From: Trueperaceae bacterium
Lineage (GTDB): Bacteria > Deinococcota > Deinococci > Deinococcales > Trueperaceae
DNA length: 64,000 nt
Assembly (NCBI GenBank): GCA_965213705.1
Contig: OZ243913.1
Span: 2,464,001-2,528,000, forward strand
Reading direction: 5' to 3'
Below, in pieces: positions 51,936 to 63,145 of the stretch. Position 1 is the first letter of the stretch; the number at the start of each line of letters is the position of its first letter. Made by a program: the position numbers and the translations under genes. The notes below the pieces were generated by a model that was given only the letters and a program-made list of their open reading frames with translations, searched no databases and was not told where the DNA came from.

Positions 51936-52283
51936 GTGGCGGATGACAAATTAGAGACGCGCAAAGAGTTCGAAGAACTCGTCAACATGCAGCCCAAAGA
52001 GCTGACCGAGTGGCTCGAGACCGACGAGTCCAAGTCCGTCGGCCAGGATTCAGGCGACGGCGAGGCCATCGGTCATAAAAGTGGCGAGCGTATCGTCGCC
52101 ATCAAACGCAAACACGTCGACGACTACAGCGACGACGACTACGAGCACATGGAGCGGGTCATTTCCTACATCAAACGCCACAGCGCGCAGGGACCCGAGG
52201 ACGACGTCAAGGAAAGCCGTTGGCGCTACTCACTCATGAACTGGGGACACGACCCCTGTAAGGAAGAGGGCGCGGACTGCTGA
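51936..52283 (+). CDS. DUF3140 domain protein
   Basis: VNM...L..WL, GHKSG, HM..V.SYIKRH, WRYSLMNWGHDP. Confidence 0.88.
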   Translation: MADDKLETRKEFEELVNMQPKELTEWLETDESKSVGQDSGDGEAIGHKSGERIVAIKRKHVDDYSDDDYEHMERVISYIKRHSAQGPEDDVKESRWRYSLMNWGHDPCKEEGADC

Positions 52284-52287
52284 GAAT

Positions 52288-52323
52288 AAAAGAGCAACGC
52301 GCTTCGAAGCGCGTTGCTCTTTT
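52288..52323. terminator. Bidirectional intrinsic terminator
   Basis: aaaagagcaacgcgc-ttcgaa-gcgcgttgctctttt between convergent genes. Confidence 0.85.
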
Positions 52324-52376
52324 GGTCCATGTTATGACTCTGGTACTTCAAGCCCCGGGGTACTTTAATGGGGTGC

Positions 52377-52649
52377 TCAAGCTCCGGCCTGCAATTTGTT
52401 GACACGCTTAGCGAGGCGCGACTTTTTGCGGGCGGCAGTGTTTTTGTGTAAGGTTGAGCCTTTCGCGGCCCGGTCGATAAGGCTGCTGGCAACTTTGAGG
52501 TACTTGGCGGCAGCGGCTTCGTCGCCGGTTTGGGCGGCGGCGACGGCTTTTTTGGTAAAGGTGCGGATCATGCTTTTGCGGGAACGGTTGACGAGCCGCG
52601 TCTCTTCGGACTGGCGGTGATACTTCATTGCGGAACGGTTTCTTGCCAT
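52377..52649 (-). CDS. rpsT: 30S ribosomal protein S20
   Basis: [32 protein letters not shown]. Confidence 0.96.
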   Translation of the reverse strand: MARNRSAMKYHRQSEETRLVNRSRKSMIRTFTKKAVAAAQTGDEAAAAKYLKVASSLIDRAAKGSTLHKNTAARKKSRLAKRVNKLQAGA

Positions 52650-52804
52650 CATTCTCCTTCTAGCGCGCCCCTGAGAGCGTCGGCAACCTGAAAAGCTTAG
52701 CACACGCGGGCGGAACTGCGCAACGTGACTAAGCTCGAGCTTAGGCCCCAACGTTCGTCGCGTTTTAAGCGTTATCTCATAAGCGAGCGGGTAGACTTTT
52801 AGGA

Positions 52805-55681
52805 ATGTGGCTGCTTCCGAACGTGAGACTTTCGACGGCGCGGCGTTTGAGACGACTTGCGCCGGCTGTTCTGCTGACCCTGGGGCTGTTGGGCGCTTGC
52901 TCGTCGGGGGACGAACCCACGCCCAACCGACCGCCCGTGGCGGCGGTAAGCGCGGCGCCGACGACCGGGTCGGCGCCTTTGGCAGTTGCTTTCGACGCTT
53001 CTGACTCGAGCGACCCGGACGGCAACTTAGTCGTCTTCGCGTGGGATTTTGGCGACGGCGAAACCGCGACGGACGTCCGCGCCGAGCACGTCTACGCGGC
53101 GGGCACGTTCACCGCCACCGTGACGGTCACCGATGACCGGGGCGCAACGGCGACGTCAAAGACCGTCATCACCGTGACCGAGGCCGCACCCGGCCCCACC
53201 GCTTCGTTCAAGGCGACACCGACGAGCGGGGCGGCACCTTTGGAGGTCGCGTTCGACGCGTCAGGCTCGGGTGACGCGTCCGGAACCCTGACGTCTTTCG
53301 TTTGGGATTTCGGTGACGGGAGCAGCGGCAAGGGGGCGCGCACGAAGCACACCTACAGTCCGGGCACGTTCACCGCCACCCTTACTGTCACCAACAACGA
53401 GGGCGTAACGGCGTCGGCTAAAACCGACGTCACCGCGACCGAGAAACCTTCCGGGGGTGAACTTTCAGGCACCATCACCCTGAGCAACCCCTTGAGTGAC
53501 GAGGAAAGCGTGCAACGCCCGCCGGAGTTGGGGTTCGACCTCGCGCCCAAAGCAAGGGCTGCGCCGAGCGGAGACAGCTTCGTACCGGGTGAAGTCATCG
53601 TTCAGTTTCGCCCCGGGCGCAACCAGGGTGTAGAAACCCTGTCCGTAACAGAACTCGCGACAGAACAGGCGGCCGGGACGTCGGCAGGGCGACAGCGTCT
53701 GGTGCTCGTGCGCCCGTTGCCGGTTGCCGACACCTACTTGTACCGGATTGCCGAGGCGTCGGCCGGTGCGCCGGTTGACAGCTCTCGGGCGCAGACCGGT
53801 AGCTTACAAAAGGCCGCGTTACAAGCAAAGACGCTTCAAATCATAGCAGCCCTCGCCAGCCGCGCCGACGTGCAGACGGTCATTCCGAACCGCGTCTACC
53901 GGGTTCTCAAAACCCCCGACGACGAGTTTTACGACCTGCAGTGGCACTACCCCGCCATCAACCTGCCGCAGGCTTGGAACGTCACCACGGGCTCGGCGGA
54001 AACCACCGTGGCCGTGGTCGACACCGGTATCCTGGGCACGCCAAAAAACGCCAAGACGACCCATCCGGACTTCAGGGGCCGTTTGTTGCCGGGCTACGAC
54101 TTCGTCACCGACCCCGACGCGGCAGGTGACGGCGACGGCCGCGACGACGAGCCTTACGACCTGGGCACTTTCCAGTCGAACGGTACCCACGGCTCCCACG
54201 TTGCGGGCATCATCGCCGCCAACAGCGACGACGGTCTCGGGACGGCGGGCGTCGATTGGGCGGCAAAAATCGTGCCGGTGCGGGTGCTGGGGACCGAAGG
54301 CAAGGGACCTTTCAGCGACGTTTTAGACGGTGTCGCCTGGGCGGCGGGGCTCAAAGTTGCGGGCGTACCCGTCAACCCCAACCCGGCTGACGTCATCAAC
54401 TTGAGTTTGGGCGGGAACGGCCCCTGCGACGCGGTAGAAAAACAGCTTTTCGACTTGGTTATAGCTCGAGGCACCCTCGTGGTGGTCGCGGCCGGCAACG
54501 GCAACGAAAACGTGAACGGCGCGTCGCCGGGCAACTGTGACGCCGTCATCACCGTCGGCGCTGTGGACTTTACGGGGCGACGCGCCCCCTACTCGAACTT
54601 CGGCACCAAGCTCGACGTCGTGGCCCCCGGGGGCGACGTCGGCGCGGACGCCAACGGCGACTACTACCCAGACGGGGTGCTGAGTACCGTTTACAACGGC
54701 AACAAAGGCGGTTTTTACTGGGGCTTTTTGCAAGGTACCTCGATGGCCGCGCCGCACGTAACCGGGGTGGTAGCGCTCCTCAAAGCCGTCGACCCGACGC
54801 TCAGCCAGGGCCAAGTCGAGACCCTTCTCAAAACTACCGCCAGACCGCGCACCGCGAAAACGTGCAGCGGCGAAAACCGCACCGGCCTCAAAGCCGCCGA
54901 CTGCGGCGCGGGTCTCGTCGACGCCTTTGCCGCCGTGACGGCGGCCTCGGGGGCGGCACCTTCCCCGCCGACCAGCAGCGAGCTTGGGTTCACCCCCAGC
55001 CGCCTGGACTTCGGCACCACCCAAAGCAAACTTACTTTGCAGCTCAGCAACCCGGGCAGCAGCCGTCTGGACTGGCGTTTCGACACCTTTTTTCCAGACC
55101 CCAACAATCCGGGCGAGGTAGCGGGGAGTGGCCTCAAGCTGTCCGCCACGACGGGCACTATCCCCGCGGGCGGCAGCAAAACCCTCAACCTGACCCTGGA
55201 CCGCAGCAAGGCGAGTGTGCCAGGCAACTACCACCTGGACCTCGGTTTCGAAACCGGGGACGCGGCGCAGCTCTTACCTGTCTTTTTCAGCAAGGGCGAC
55301 GCGGCGTCACCGCCCGAGGGCAACTTGTCCGGCACCCTGGTCATCGCTTGTTTTGCGGTTGGCGACGGCTGTGACGAAGACAAGTCCCGCGTCGGGAACA
55401 TTGCGAACAGGGCCGACAGCGCGCCGTATTCTTTTACCGGTTTGGGTGCGGGCCGCTACCGGCTCGTCGCCTGGAAAGACGTCGACGACAGCGACGCGGT
55501 CGACGACGGCGACTTGTTCGGCTTTTACTCGCAAGACGGTCTCGGCACGTCTGAGGTCGAACCCCCGGCCCAGGGCCTCGACTACTCGGTGTCCCCCGTT
55601 TTGAGCAACGACACGTCGGACGCGGTTCCCCAAGCCCTGGCAGACTTTTTGACCGAGGTCAAACGCAAGTCCGAACCTTAG
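52805..55681 (+). CDS. S8 subtilisin-like lipoprotein protease with two PKD domains
   Basis: Lipobox LGAC; WDFGDG x2; triad VDTG, HGSHVAG, GTSMAAP. Confidence 0.93.
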   Translation: MWLLPNVRLSTARRLRRLAPAVLLTLGLLGACSSGDEPTPNRPPVAAVSAAPTTGSAPLAVAFDASDSSDPDGNLVVFAWDFGDGETATDVRAEHVYAAGTFTATVTVTDDRGATATSKTVITVTEAAPGPTASFKATPTSGAAPLEVAFDASGSGDASGTLTSFVWDFGDGSSGKGARTKHTYSPGTFTATLTVTNNEGVTASAKTDVTATEKPSGGELSGTITLSNPLSDEESVQRPPELGFDLAPKARAAPSGDSFVPGEVIVQFRPGRNQGVETLSVTELATEQAAGTSAGRQRLVLVRPLPVADTYLYRIAEASAGAPVDSSRAQTGSLQKAALQAKTLQIIAALASRADVQTVIPNRVYRVLKTPDDEFYDLQWHYPAINLPQAWNVTTGSAETTVAVVDTGILGTPKNAKTTHPDFRGRLLPGYDFVTDPDAAGDGDGRDDEPYDLGTFQSNGTHGSHVAGIIAANSDDGLGTAGVDWAAKIVPVRVLGTEGKGPFSDVLDGVAWAAGLKVAGVPVNPNPADVINLSLGGNGPCDAVEKQLFDLVIARGTLVVVAAGNGNENVNGASPGNCDAVITVGAVDFTGRRAPYSNFGTKLDVVAPGGDVGADANGDYYPDGVLSTVYNGNKGGFYWGFLQGTSMAAPHVTGVVALLKAVDPTLSQGQVETLLKTTARPRTAKTCSGENRTGLKAADCGAGLVDAFAAVTAASGAAPSPPTSSELGFTPSRLDFGTTQSKLTLQLSNPGSSRLDWRFDTFFPDPNNPGEVAGSGLKLSATTGTIPAGGSKTLNLTLDRSKASVPGNYHLDLGFETGDAAQLLPVFFSKGDAASPPEGNLSGTLVIACFAVGDGCDEDKSRVGNIANRADSAPYSFTGLGAGRYRLVAWKDVDDSDAVDDGDLFGFYSQDGLGTSEVEPPAQGLDYSVSPVLSNDTSDAVPQALADFLTEVKRKSEP

Positions 55682-56604
55682 GGTGGGTGCGGCGGCAAAC
55701 CGGACTGTGCCAGCCGTTCTGCCAACGCGGACAGGGTGTCTCCCAAAGGCGCTTCTACCTTGAGCGCGGCGTCTTTGTCACCGCGGGTTTCTCCTTGGTT
55801 GACGATGACGACGGGCTTGGCGGCCGCCACGGCGGCGGCGGCGAAGCGGTAACCCGAAAACACCGTCAGCGACGAACCCGCTACGAGCAAAACCTCGGCG
55901 TGAGCCAACATGCGCCAGGCCCGCTCGACCCTGGGTTTGGGCACGTTTTCCCCGAAAAACACCACGTCCGGTTTCAACACGCCCTTACAAGCGAGGCACA
56001 CCGGCACGCGAAACGTCTCCACGAGCGCTTCGGGAATCTCAGCGTCGCCGTCGGGGGCGACGTTGAGGGCAACGTTGTGGTCGGTACCGGCGGCGTAGGC
56101 CTCGAGTTCCGGATTGAGGTGGACCAAGCGGCGTTGTAAACGCTGCCGCGGCTCTTCGCGACCACAAGCCAGACACCTCACCTGCGCCAAGCTGCCGTGC
56201 AGCTCGAGCACGTTCAAGCTGCCGGCCGCGCCGTGCAACCCGTCTACGTTTTGAGTGATGACCCCTGTCACCACGCCCCCGGCCTCGAGCCGCGCCACCG
56301 CAAGGTGACCCCGGTTGGGCCGCGCCCGCTCTACATTCGACCAACCCCGAAAACTTCGCGCCCAATAGCGTTGCCGCGCCGCCGCGCTGCCGACAAACTG
56401 CTGATAGCGCATGGGGTTGCGGGGTTGCAGCCGCGTCACGGGGCCGCGGTAGTCGGGGATGCCCGACTCGGTCGACAGCCCGGCCCCGCTCAGCACCAGG
56501 ACGCGGCGGCCGGCCAACATGTTCGCGAGGTGGCGCAGGTCGGCGTCAGGAAAGGCGGTGTTACGGGGGTCTGTTTGAAGGATCGGTGCAGGCTCGAGCG
56601 TCAC
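55678..56604 (-). CDS. cobB: NAD-dependent deacylase (class II sirtuin)
   Basis: GAGLSTESGIPDYR, YWARS, TQNVDGLH, ELHG, PDGDA, KPDVVFFG, GSSL; TACCAT 6 nt before GTG. Confidence 0.92.
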   Translation of the reverse strand: MTLEPAPILQTDPRNTAFPDADLRHLANMLAGRRVLVLSGAGLSTESGIPDYRGPVTRLQPRNPMRYQQFVGSAAARQRYWARSFRGWSNVERARPNRGHLAVARLEAGGVVTGVITQNVDGLHGAAGSLNVLELHGSLAQVRCLACGREEPRQRLQRRLVHLNPELEAYAAGTDHNVALNVAPDGDAEIPEALVETFRVPVCLACKGVLKPDVVFFGENVPKPRVERAWRMLAHAEVLLVAGSSLTVFSGYRFAAAAVAAAKPVVIVNQGETRGDKDAALKVEAPLGDTLSALAERLAQSGLPPHPP

Positions 56605-56690
56605 TCCGTCATGGTAGAGCGTCCCGGCAGACGGCGGCAAGACTTCAGAACACGTTTGCGCATTTTGCCGGTGCTGGACTTGCCTCAGGG

Positions 56691-57065
56691 TTACAAGACT
56701 GTGGCGTCTACCGTTTCTGCCATCGTCTCGGCTGCCATCGTCTCGGCCACCGCCGCCTCGCTCTCGGGCGGGGCGGTGAGGACGGTGTTGGCGTAGTACT
56801 TGCTCAGCAGTTCCAAGCCCTCGGGCCAGGTGAAGTAGTCGAAGCTGCCCCGCTCGTAGGCGACGATTTCCACCGTCTTGACGCGCTTGTCCTGGTAACA
56901 CTGCTCGAGCATCACCGCGCTGCGCTTCAACTCCTCTTCCAAGTCGAGTCCGCCTACCAGCCGGCTCGCGCACAGGTTGCGAAAGCCGTCGAAGCTGAAC
57001 CTCAGGATGAACATGTCGCGCGTTTGGAAGTGATAAACGTTTAAGCCGGGCAGTTCTTTGAGCAT
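56691..57065 (-). CDS. Conserved hypothetical protein
   Basis: TATAGT 7 nt before ATG; native codon usage. Confidence 0.7.
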   Translation of the reverse strand: MLKELPGLNVYHFQTRDMFILRFSFDGFRNLCASRLVGGLDLEEELKRSAVMLEQCYQDKRVKTVEIVAYERGSFDYFTWPEGLELLSKYYANTVLTAPPESEAAVAETMAAETMAETVDATVL

Positions 57066-57232
57066 AGTTCGCACTATACCCCGCGGGGTTCCGGACGCCT
57101 AACCGGAGACGAGGATGTAGCTGGAACCAGGGATGAGGTCGGGTTGACGGGCTCGAGTCTGCCGACCCGACCCTGCGACCTGTCTGCACGGGTACGGTGC
57201 AGGAGCCCTCTTCAACGTAAGATAGATCTACC

Positions 57233-59104
57233 ATGAACAAGTTCTCTGTGTTTTGTGTTTTTTTGCTGGTGGCGGGAGCGGCGTGGGCGCACGACGAGCC
57301 CACCTTTGCCGACGGCGGCACGGCCGTCAGGGCGGAAGCGGCGCGCGTCGGTGCGGGCGAGGTCGACTTCGGGGTGGTGAGCGACGGTGCGGCCGACGGT
57401 GCGTCTTTGAGCCTGGTCGGACGCGGCGAGCGGCGTCTGCCGGGTGGGACGACGGACGTGTGGGTGCAAGGCGGTTACGCGTATTTGGGCACGTTTGCAA
57501 ATCCTTGCGGAAACGGCGAAGTGGGCGACGCGGGCGTTCACGTCTACGACGTGCGCGACCCTGCAAACATCACCGAGGTCGGTGCCCTGCCGAGCCAGAA
57601 GGGCAGCCGGGTCAACGACGTGAAGGTGGCGCGCCTCGCCGGCGGCACCCGGCTCGTCCACTCGAACGAAACCTGCGGCGCGGGCGGAAGGGGCGGTTTC
57701 GAACTGTACGACGTCGACGACCCGCTGCGCCCGGTTCACTTGGCGCACGTGCAGACCGACACCGTCAACGAACACCTGCGGCAAAACCCGCGCAACCGCA
57801 ACTTGGGCGTCCACAACCTGTTTCTGTTTAGCAACGGCGGCCGCGACTACGTGGCCGCTCAGGTCTACACGACCGTCGGCACCTTTCAAATTTTCGACAT
57901 CACCGACCCCGACGCCGTAACGCGGGTGAGCTATTTCGGCCCCGAAGCGGTGAAGTGGCCGAACATCGACTGGGCGGCCACCACCGACGAAGCCTTGCTG
58001 AGCGCCGCCGAAACCTACCTGCGCAGCGGCTACGGGGCGTCCACAAACCGCTTTTTACACGACATGTACGTGACGCCCGACGGGCGGACGGCTTATCTCG
58101 CCAACTGGGACGCAGGCCTGATTCGGCTGGACTTGACTAACGTCGCGCAGCCGAAGCTCGTGTCGGTGGCCCTGGACCCCACAAGCGAAGACGGCGAGGT
58201 CAACAGCCACTCGGTCTGGGCGAGCGAGGACGGCCGCATAGTGCTCGAGGGCGAGGAAGACTTCAACCCGTACCGCAGCGAGTTCTTTATTACGAGCGGT
58301 GAGAAAGCTGGAAGTTACGCAAGCACCGAGGGCACCCTCACCAAGCCACTCGCCATGCTGCCTGGAAAAACGCTGTCCGGCCCTACGGTTTATGTGGGCG
58401 ACGCCTGCGGCGAACTACCCACGCCGACGGAGACCGGGCAGATCGCGCTCGTACAGCGTGGGCAATGCACTTTCAACTTCAAAGCCGTAGCCGTGCGCCA
58501 GGCGGGCTACGCGGGCCTGGTCGTCTTCAACGACGTAGCGAGCGGCGACGAACTGCTCAGCATGGGCGGCGGCAAGGTAAACGTTCCGGGTTTGTTCGTC
58601 GGGCACAGCACCGGCCTTGCGCTGGCGGGGGCAAACGGTAGCGCCGCCCTCAAAGTCGGCACGCCTGGTGAAACCCTGCGCGCCACCATCACGCCCGACG
58701 GCTGGAGCGGGTTGCGCGTCTGGGACTACAGCGACCCCGCGCGGCCGGTCCTCGCCGCGACCTTCAACACGCTCTGCAGCGCCCACCCGGACGATGAAAG
58801 TTGCAGCCCGGACGGCATCTATTCCTCACACAACTTGATTGTCGAAGACGGCAAAGCTTACGTTTCCTGGTACGCCGACGGCGTGCTCGTCCTCGACCTC
58901 AGCGACCCCTACCGGCCGGTCGAAGTCGCGCGCTATCACGAAGCGGGTCTGGCTTTCGAGGCGAGCAACGGCGGCCCGCAGGACGTCTGGGGCATCTACA
59001 AAGTGCCGGGCGAATCCCTACTCTACGCTTCGGACCGCAACGGCGGCTTGTACGTTTTGGACACGCGGATTGCGCCGGAAAGTGAGGCTGGGGATGGCGG
59101 ATAA
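57233..59104 (+). CDS. Secreted LVIVD-repeat beta-propeller protein with inserted PA domain
   Basis: Signal peptide; YDVRDP, FDITDP, LDLSDP repeats; ALVQRGQCTF PA motif. Confidence 0.85.
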   Translation: MNKFSVFCVFLLVAGAAWAHDEPTFADGGTAVRAEAARVGAGEVDFGVVSDGAADGASLSLVGRGERRLPGGTTDVWVQGGYAYLGTFANPCGNGEVGDAGVHVYDVRDPANITEVGALPSQKGSRVNDVKVARLAGGTRLVHSNETCGAGGRGGFELYDVDDPLRPVHLAHVQTDTVNEHLRQNPRNRNLGVHNLFLFSNGGRDYVAAQVYTTVGTFQIFDITDPDAVTRVSYFGPEAVKWPNIDWAATTDEALLSAAETYLRSGYGASTNRFLHDMYVTPDGRTAYLANWDAGLIRLDLTNVAQPKLVSVALDPTSEDGEVNSHSVWASEDGRIVLEGEEDFNPYRSEFFITSGEKAGSYASTEGTLTKPLAMLPGKTLSGPTVYVGDACGELPTPTETGQIALVQRGQCTFNFKAVAVRQAGYAGLVVFNDVASGDELLSMGGGKVNVPGLFVGHSTGLALAGANGSAALKVGTPGETLRATITPDGWSGLRVWDYSDPARPVLAATFNTLCSAHPDDESCSPDGIYSSHNLIVEDGKAYVSWYADGVLVLDLSDPYRPVEVARYHEAGLAFEASNGGPQDVWGIYKVPGESLLYASDRNGGLYVLDTRIAPESEAGDGG

Positions 59105-59391
59105 ACTGACCGACTCGGTCGACAAAACGTCAGGTTTGAACGTTGAACACCACCCCGAGCGCAACCGCTTCGAGATAAAAGTGGCCGGACAGACGGCCGT
59201 CCTGGAGTACATGAAGGTCGGCGACAGCCTCATTTTTACCCACACCGAAGTGCCCGAAAACCTGGAGGGGCAAGGGGTCGGCGGGGCTCTCGCCAAGGCG
59301 GGGCTCGAGTACGTGCGCGACCACAAGCATGACCGCCGCGCCGCTGTGCCCGTTCGTCAAGGCGTACATCAAACGGCATCCTGAATACTAG
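59094..59391 (+). pseudogene. GNAT acetyltransferase (YjdJ-like), frameshifted
   Basis: FTHTEVP...GQGVG in one frame; PLCPFVKAYIKRHPEY in the +1 frame from about 59328. Confidence 0.8.
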
Positions 59392-59411
59392 CCGCTCGTC
59401 CGAATGGGCGG

Positions 59412-60125
59412 CTAAAGGTACGTTTCGAACCAGTCAACCGTCCGCCGCTGAATTTCAACCGCCTCCGCCGCACTCGGGTGGTGACCCATGCCCGGATACT
59501 CGACAAACACCAGCCGCTCGGGCTGTTCGGCGTAGTGGGGCTCGAGCGCTTTGTGAAATGCCCGCGCCCCCGCGGGCGGCACGACCGGGTCGACTGCCCC
59601 TACTTGGGACAACAGCGCTGTTGGATAAAACGCCTCCGGGTGCAGGTGTGGGCTGTCGGGCAGGGGCGGCCGCCACTGGGGTGACCCCACGATCGTCACC
59701 GCCGCCTTGAACCGCTTTTCCTCCAGCAGCGCCCGGTAGGTGATGTAGCCGCCCATCGACCAACCCGCGACGCCGAGGCGGTCCGCGCGCCCCAAACTCT
59801 TTTCCAACAGCGCGTCGACAACCCTGGGAATCTCGAGGGCTGTTTCACGCACGAGGTTCAAAAACTCCGTGGGGGCCTTCGGGTTGGCCGGGTGAAAACG
59901 CGCCGCGAAGTCACTCAGCCGCCGCGCGCCGTGGCCCGCGTTGTCGAGGGCGACGACCAAAAACCCGGCGTCGGTCAGCACCCGGTACTCGCTCAAGTTG
60001 CTTTCCTTTTGCGCGGTGAGGCCGTGATAGAAGAGAATCGTACCGCGCTCGGCGGCAGTTTCGACGCTGCTTTGTGCGAGGAGCAAGGCGGGCGCGTCGG
60101 CCAGGGTCGTGGGTGTTTGGGTCAT
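59412..60125 (-). CDS. Alpha/beta hydrolase (YjfP-like esterase)
   Basis: YHG, GHGAR, GWSMGG, D.VVP, GH. Confidence 0.88.
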   Translation of the reverse strand: MTQTPTTLADAPALLLAQSSVETAAERGTILFYHGLTAQKESNLSEYRVLTDAGFLVVALDNAGHGARRLSDFAARFHPANPKAPTEFLNLVRETALEIPRVVDALLEKSLGRADRLGVAGWSMGGYITYRALLEEKRFKAAVTIVGSPQWRPPLPDSPHLHPEAFYPTALLSQVGAVDPVVPPAGARAFHKALEPHYAEQPERLVFVEYPGMGHHPSAAEAVEIQRRTVDWFETYL

Positions 60126-60239
60126 AGGGTTAAAGCCTAACCGAAACTGTTTTCCCGACCCTAGCTGAAACATCTTTTCAAATGTTTGTCATGCTGAGGA
60201 CGACCCATCTCACGGCAGCGGAGTACAACGGACGAACCC

Positions 60240-60845
60240 ATGACCCCTCTCAACATCGCCGTCATCGCTGCCGACGGACTCGTCCGGGCGGGCTTGGTGA
60301 GTGTGTTGCAGGGTCGGCCGGGTTTGCACGTGGTCGCCAGTTTCACGCCGGACGACTCTTTGCGCGGGCTCGAGCCGGAAGCGGACGTGGTGGTGTGGGA
60401 CGCAGACTTGGAATTGGACGTGCAGGGTCTCGAGCTTGACACTCCCGTCCTCGCGCTCGTCCCGGAAGACGCGAACCTCGCCGACTTTACAAACGTGAAC
60501 GGCGTGGTGTACCGAACGGCGTCGGTAGACAAGCTCGTCGCCGCGTTGCAAGCCCTAGCACAGGGTTTGAGCGTGCTCGAGCCCGAGCTGGCCCAACTCC
60601 TGTTCCCACCGCGGACCGACGTTCAAAACCTCACCGAAGACCTCACCGAAGACCTCACGCCGCGCGAACAGGACGTGTTGCAACACCTCGCCGTGGGCCT
60701 CAGCAACAAGGCGATTGCCAAAACCCTGGACATCAGCGAAAACACCGTGAAGTTTCACGTCGCCGCGCTGCTGGATAAGTTCGGGGTGAACTCGCGCACC
60801 GAGGTTGTGGTGCGGGCGATTCAGCTCGGCTTTGTCGTCGTGTAA
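60240..60845 (+). CDS. NarL/LuxR-family response regulator
   Basis: Atypical REC; LTPRE, GLSNKAIA, TVKFH. Confidence 0.92.
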   Translation: MTPLNIAVIAADGLVRAGLVSVLQGRPGLHVVASFTPDDSLRGLEPEADVVVWDADLELDVQGLELDTPVLALVPEDANLADFTNVNGVVYRTASVDKLVAALQALAQGLSVLEPELAQLLFPPRTDVQNLTEDLTEDLTPREQDVLQHLAVGLSNKAIAKTLDISENTVKFHVAALLDKFGVNSRTEVVVRAIQLGFVVV

Positions 60846-60847
60846 GC

Positions 60848-62929
60848 TCAGCCGACCACCCGGTTGCGGCCGCCGCGCTTCGCTGCGTAGAGCTTTTCGT
60901 CGGCCGAAGACAAGAGCTTTTCGAAGTTGGCGAGCGTGAGGTCGGCGGCCAGCCCCAAACTCACCGTGACGTGAAGGTCGGGGTGGAGCCCGGCCCAAGG
61001 GTAAGACTCGACCGCCCCGCGCACTCGCTCGCAGACGGCTTCACCCTGGTCCAAAGCGATGCCAGGCAGCACCAGGACGAACTCCTCGCCGCCGTAGCGC
61101 GCCGCGGTGTCGACGGTGCGGAGGGTGCGGGTGAAAATTTCCGCTACCGTTTTCAGAACCTCGTCGCCCAGGGCGTGCGAGAAGCGGTCGTTGATGCTTT
61201 TGAAACAGTCGACGTCGACCATCGCGACGCACAGCGCCTGGCGGTAGCGCTGCGCGCGTTTGAACTCGCGCACCAAATAAGCTTCGAGGTAACGGCGGTT
61301 GTAAAGGCCGGTCAAACTGTCTTCCTCGGTCTGCCGCTGCAAGCGCTGGGTCTGCTCGCGGAGTTTCTCGAGCAGTCGGTCGTTTTGGGCGTTGACTTTT
61401 TCAAGCGCCTCGTTCGCCGCGGCGAGTTCGACGTTGCGCAGCCGCTGGATTTGAGTTTCTTGCCGAGCTTTTTCAAGCTCGAAGCCTATCATGAGGCGCT
61501 GCGTCTTGCGCCGGGAAGCCTCGTCCGACAGCTCGGCGTCGGCCGCGTGACAGGCTTCGAACCAGGCGAGCGCCTCGCCCGGCTCGCCCTTTTCTTTGTG
61601 CAACTCGTACAGGGCTCGGCAGCTGTCGCGAACGAGGCGGGGATGGCCGAGACCGCGAGCTATCGCCAGGGCTTCTCGAAAAAACGGCGACGCCTCCCTG
61701 TTCCGGCGACGGTGCGCTGTGCCGAGCGCCAACAGCGCCTCCGCCTCGGTGAGTCGGTGGTTCACCTCGCGGGCCAAGCGCAAGCTCTCGAGGTAGTAAG
61801 CGAGCGCTTCGTCGGTCCGCCCGAGGTGCAGGTACATCTCGCCCAACCTGTGTAAAGAGGTGGCTTGACCCTTTCTGTCGCCGATGGCCTGCCGCAGCTC
61901 GAGCGCCCGCTCGTGGTGCCGCAGCGCCGCCTCGGCGTTCCCGAGCTTGCCGTAGGCCACGCCGAGGCAGTCGAGGGAAATCCCGAGCGCCTGCTTGTTG
62001 CTCGCAGCTTCAGCGAGTTTAACGCTTTGCCACAGGTAAGAAAGCGCCTCGTCGAACTTTCCCAGGCCACCGTAAAGTTCGCCGAGGTTGCCGAGCAGGG
62101 CCGAGCGGCTGCGCGGGTCGCCGACTTTTTCGCTCAGCGCCAAACCCTGTAAGTAATAGTCGAGCGCCTGCGCGCTGTCGTCGGGGTCGTGGTAGATGAG
62201 GCCGAGGCTGTTGAGCGTGAAAGCCTCGCCCAAGGCGTCCCCGACGGCGCGTTTAAGCTCGAGGGCTTGTAGAGCGCAGGAAAGCGCCTGTTTGTAGTTG
62301 CCCAACAGGCGGTAGGTCATGCTCATGGCGAGCAGGGCTTCGGACCTGAGCAGGGTACAACCTTCGGCGCACAAGTCGAAGGCGCGCTGCAGACAGTCCA
62401 GGGACAGCTCAAAGCTGCCGCGGTAGCGGTAAGCTTCCCCCGCATAGGTGAGCGCTTGCGCCTCTCCCGCGGGTTCCTCGAGCTGTTGATAGCTCGCGAG
62501 CGCCCGGAAGAGTTTGGCGAGCGCCTCTTCATAGCGGTTGGCGCGGAGGTCGACGAGCCCGGTCAGGAGTTCGACCCCGGCCTGCCCTAGGGCGTCGGCG
62601 AGCGCCGCGAAACGTTCCCTCGCCTCGGCGAGGTGTTCGGCGGCCACGTCGTAGCGGCACGCGTCGATGGCGCAAAAGGCGGCGGTGAGCAGGCTGTGGG
62701 CACCGTCCGCCGAGTCGTCCCCCGCCTGTCGGTAAACCTGAGCCGCCAAGCTCAGGGCGCGCTGCGGCTCGGCGCGGCGCAACGACCAGGCCAGGGCGTT
62801 GAGGTCGGCGGCTTTGTCGAGCTGAGGCTGACGGCTGACGGGAACAGGGGTTCCTAGTTGTAATTCAAAACCAGCGGTTTGCACAGTTCCCACCTTTCGA
62901 CGGCGTTGCAGATGTTGAGGTGAGAGCAC
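60848..62929 (-). CDS. TPR-repeat diguanylate cyclase (start uncertain)
   Basis: Many TPR repeats; DSLTGLYNRR, FKSINDRFSH..GD, RYGGEEF. Confidence 0.93.
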   Translation of the reverse strand: MLSPQHLQRRRKVGTVQTAGFELQLGTPVPVSRQPQLDKAADLNALAWSLRRAEPQRALSLAAQVYRQAGDDSADGAHSLLTAAFCAIDACRYDVAAEHLAEARERFAALADALGQAGVELLTGLVDLRANRYEEALAKLFRALASYQQLEEPAGEAQALTYAGEAYRYRGSFELSLDCLQRAFDLCAEGCTLLRSEALLAMSMTYRLLGNYKQALSCALQALELKRAVGDALGEAFTLNSLGLIYHDPDDSAQALDYYLQGLALSEKVGDPRSRSALLGNLGELYGGLGKFDEALSYLWQSVKLAEAASNKQALGISLDCLGVAYGKLGNAEAALRHHERALELRQAIGDRKGQATSLHRLGEMYLHLGRTDEALAYYLESLRLAREVNHRLTEAEALLALGTAHRRRNREASPFFREALAIARGLGHPRLVRDSCRALYELHKEKGEPGEALAWFEACHAADAELSDEASRRKTQRLMIGFELEKARQETQIQRLRNVELAAANEALEKVNAQNDRLLEKLREQTQRLQRQTEEDSLTGLYNRRYLEAYLVREFKRAQRYRQALCVAMVDVDCFKSINDRFSHALGDEVLKTVAEIFTRTLRTVDTAARYGGEEFVLVLPGIALDQGEAVCERVRGAVESYPWAGLHPDLHVTVSLGLAADLTLANFEKLLSSADEKLYAAKRGGRNRVVG

Positions 62930-63145
62930 GCCTCTTCCCTACTCGTCGCGCGCCACTCGGTTTAAACGTCCGCCGTGCCGGACGCTTTTGTCAGGCTCAG
63001 CCGAGGCTGGTCCGACTTTACCGGTCCTTCTCTTACAAAACCCTTACGGCGTTCCGAACCCACCCCAACGGATAGGCCTCCCCCACCCGGACGGAGGGCG
63101 CGCTCGGCGGGGCCGCCGCCTTAGGCTTGGACGCAGGAGGTTTTT

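Noticed and set aside
56605..57321. Long N-terminal extension of the sirtuin in the ORF track
   Set aside because: It overlaps another gene on the same strand; a -10 box supports the start at 56604
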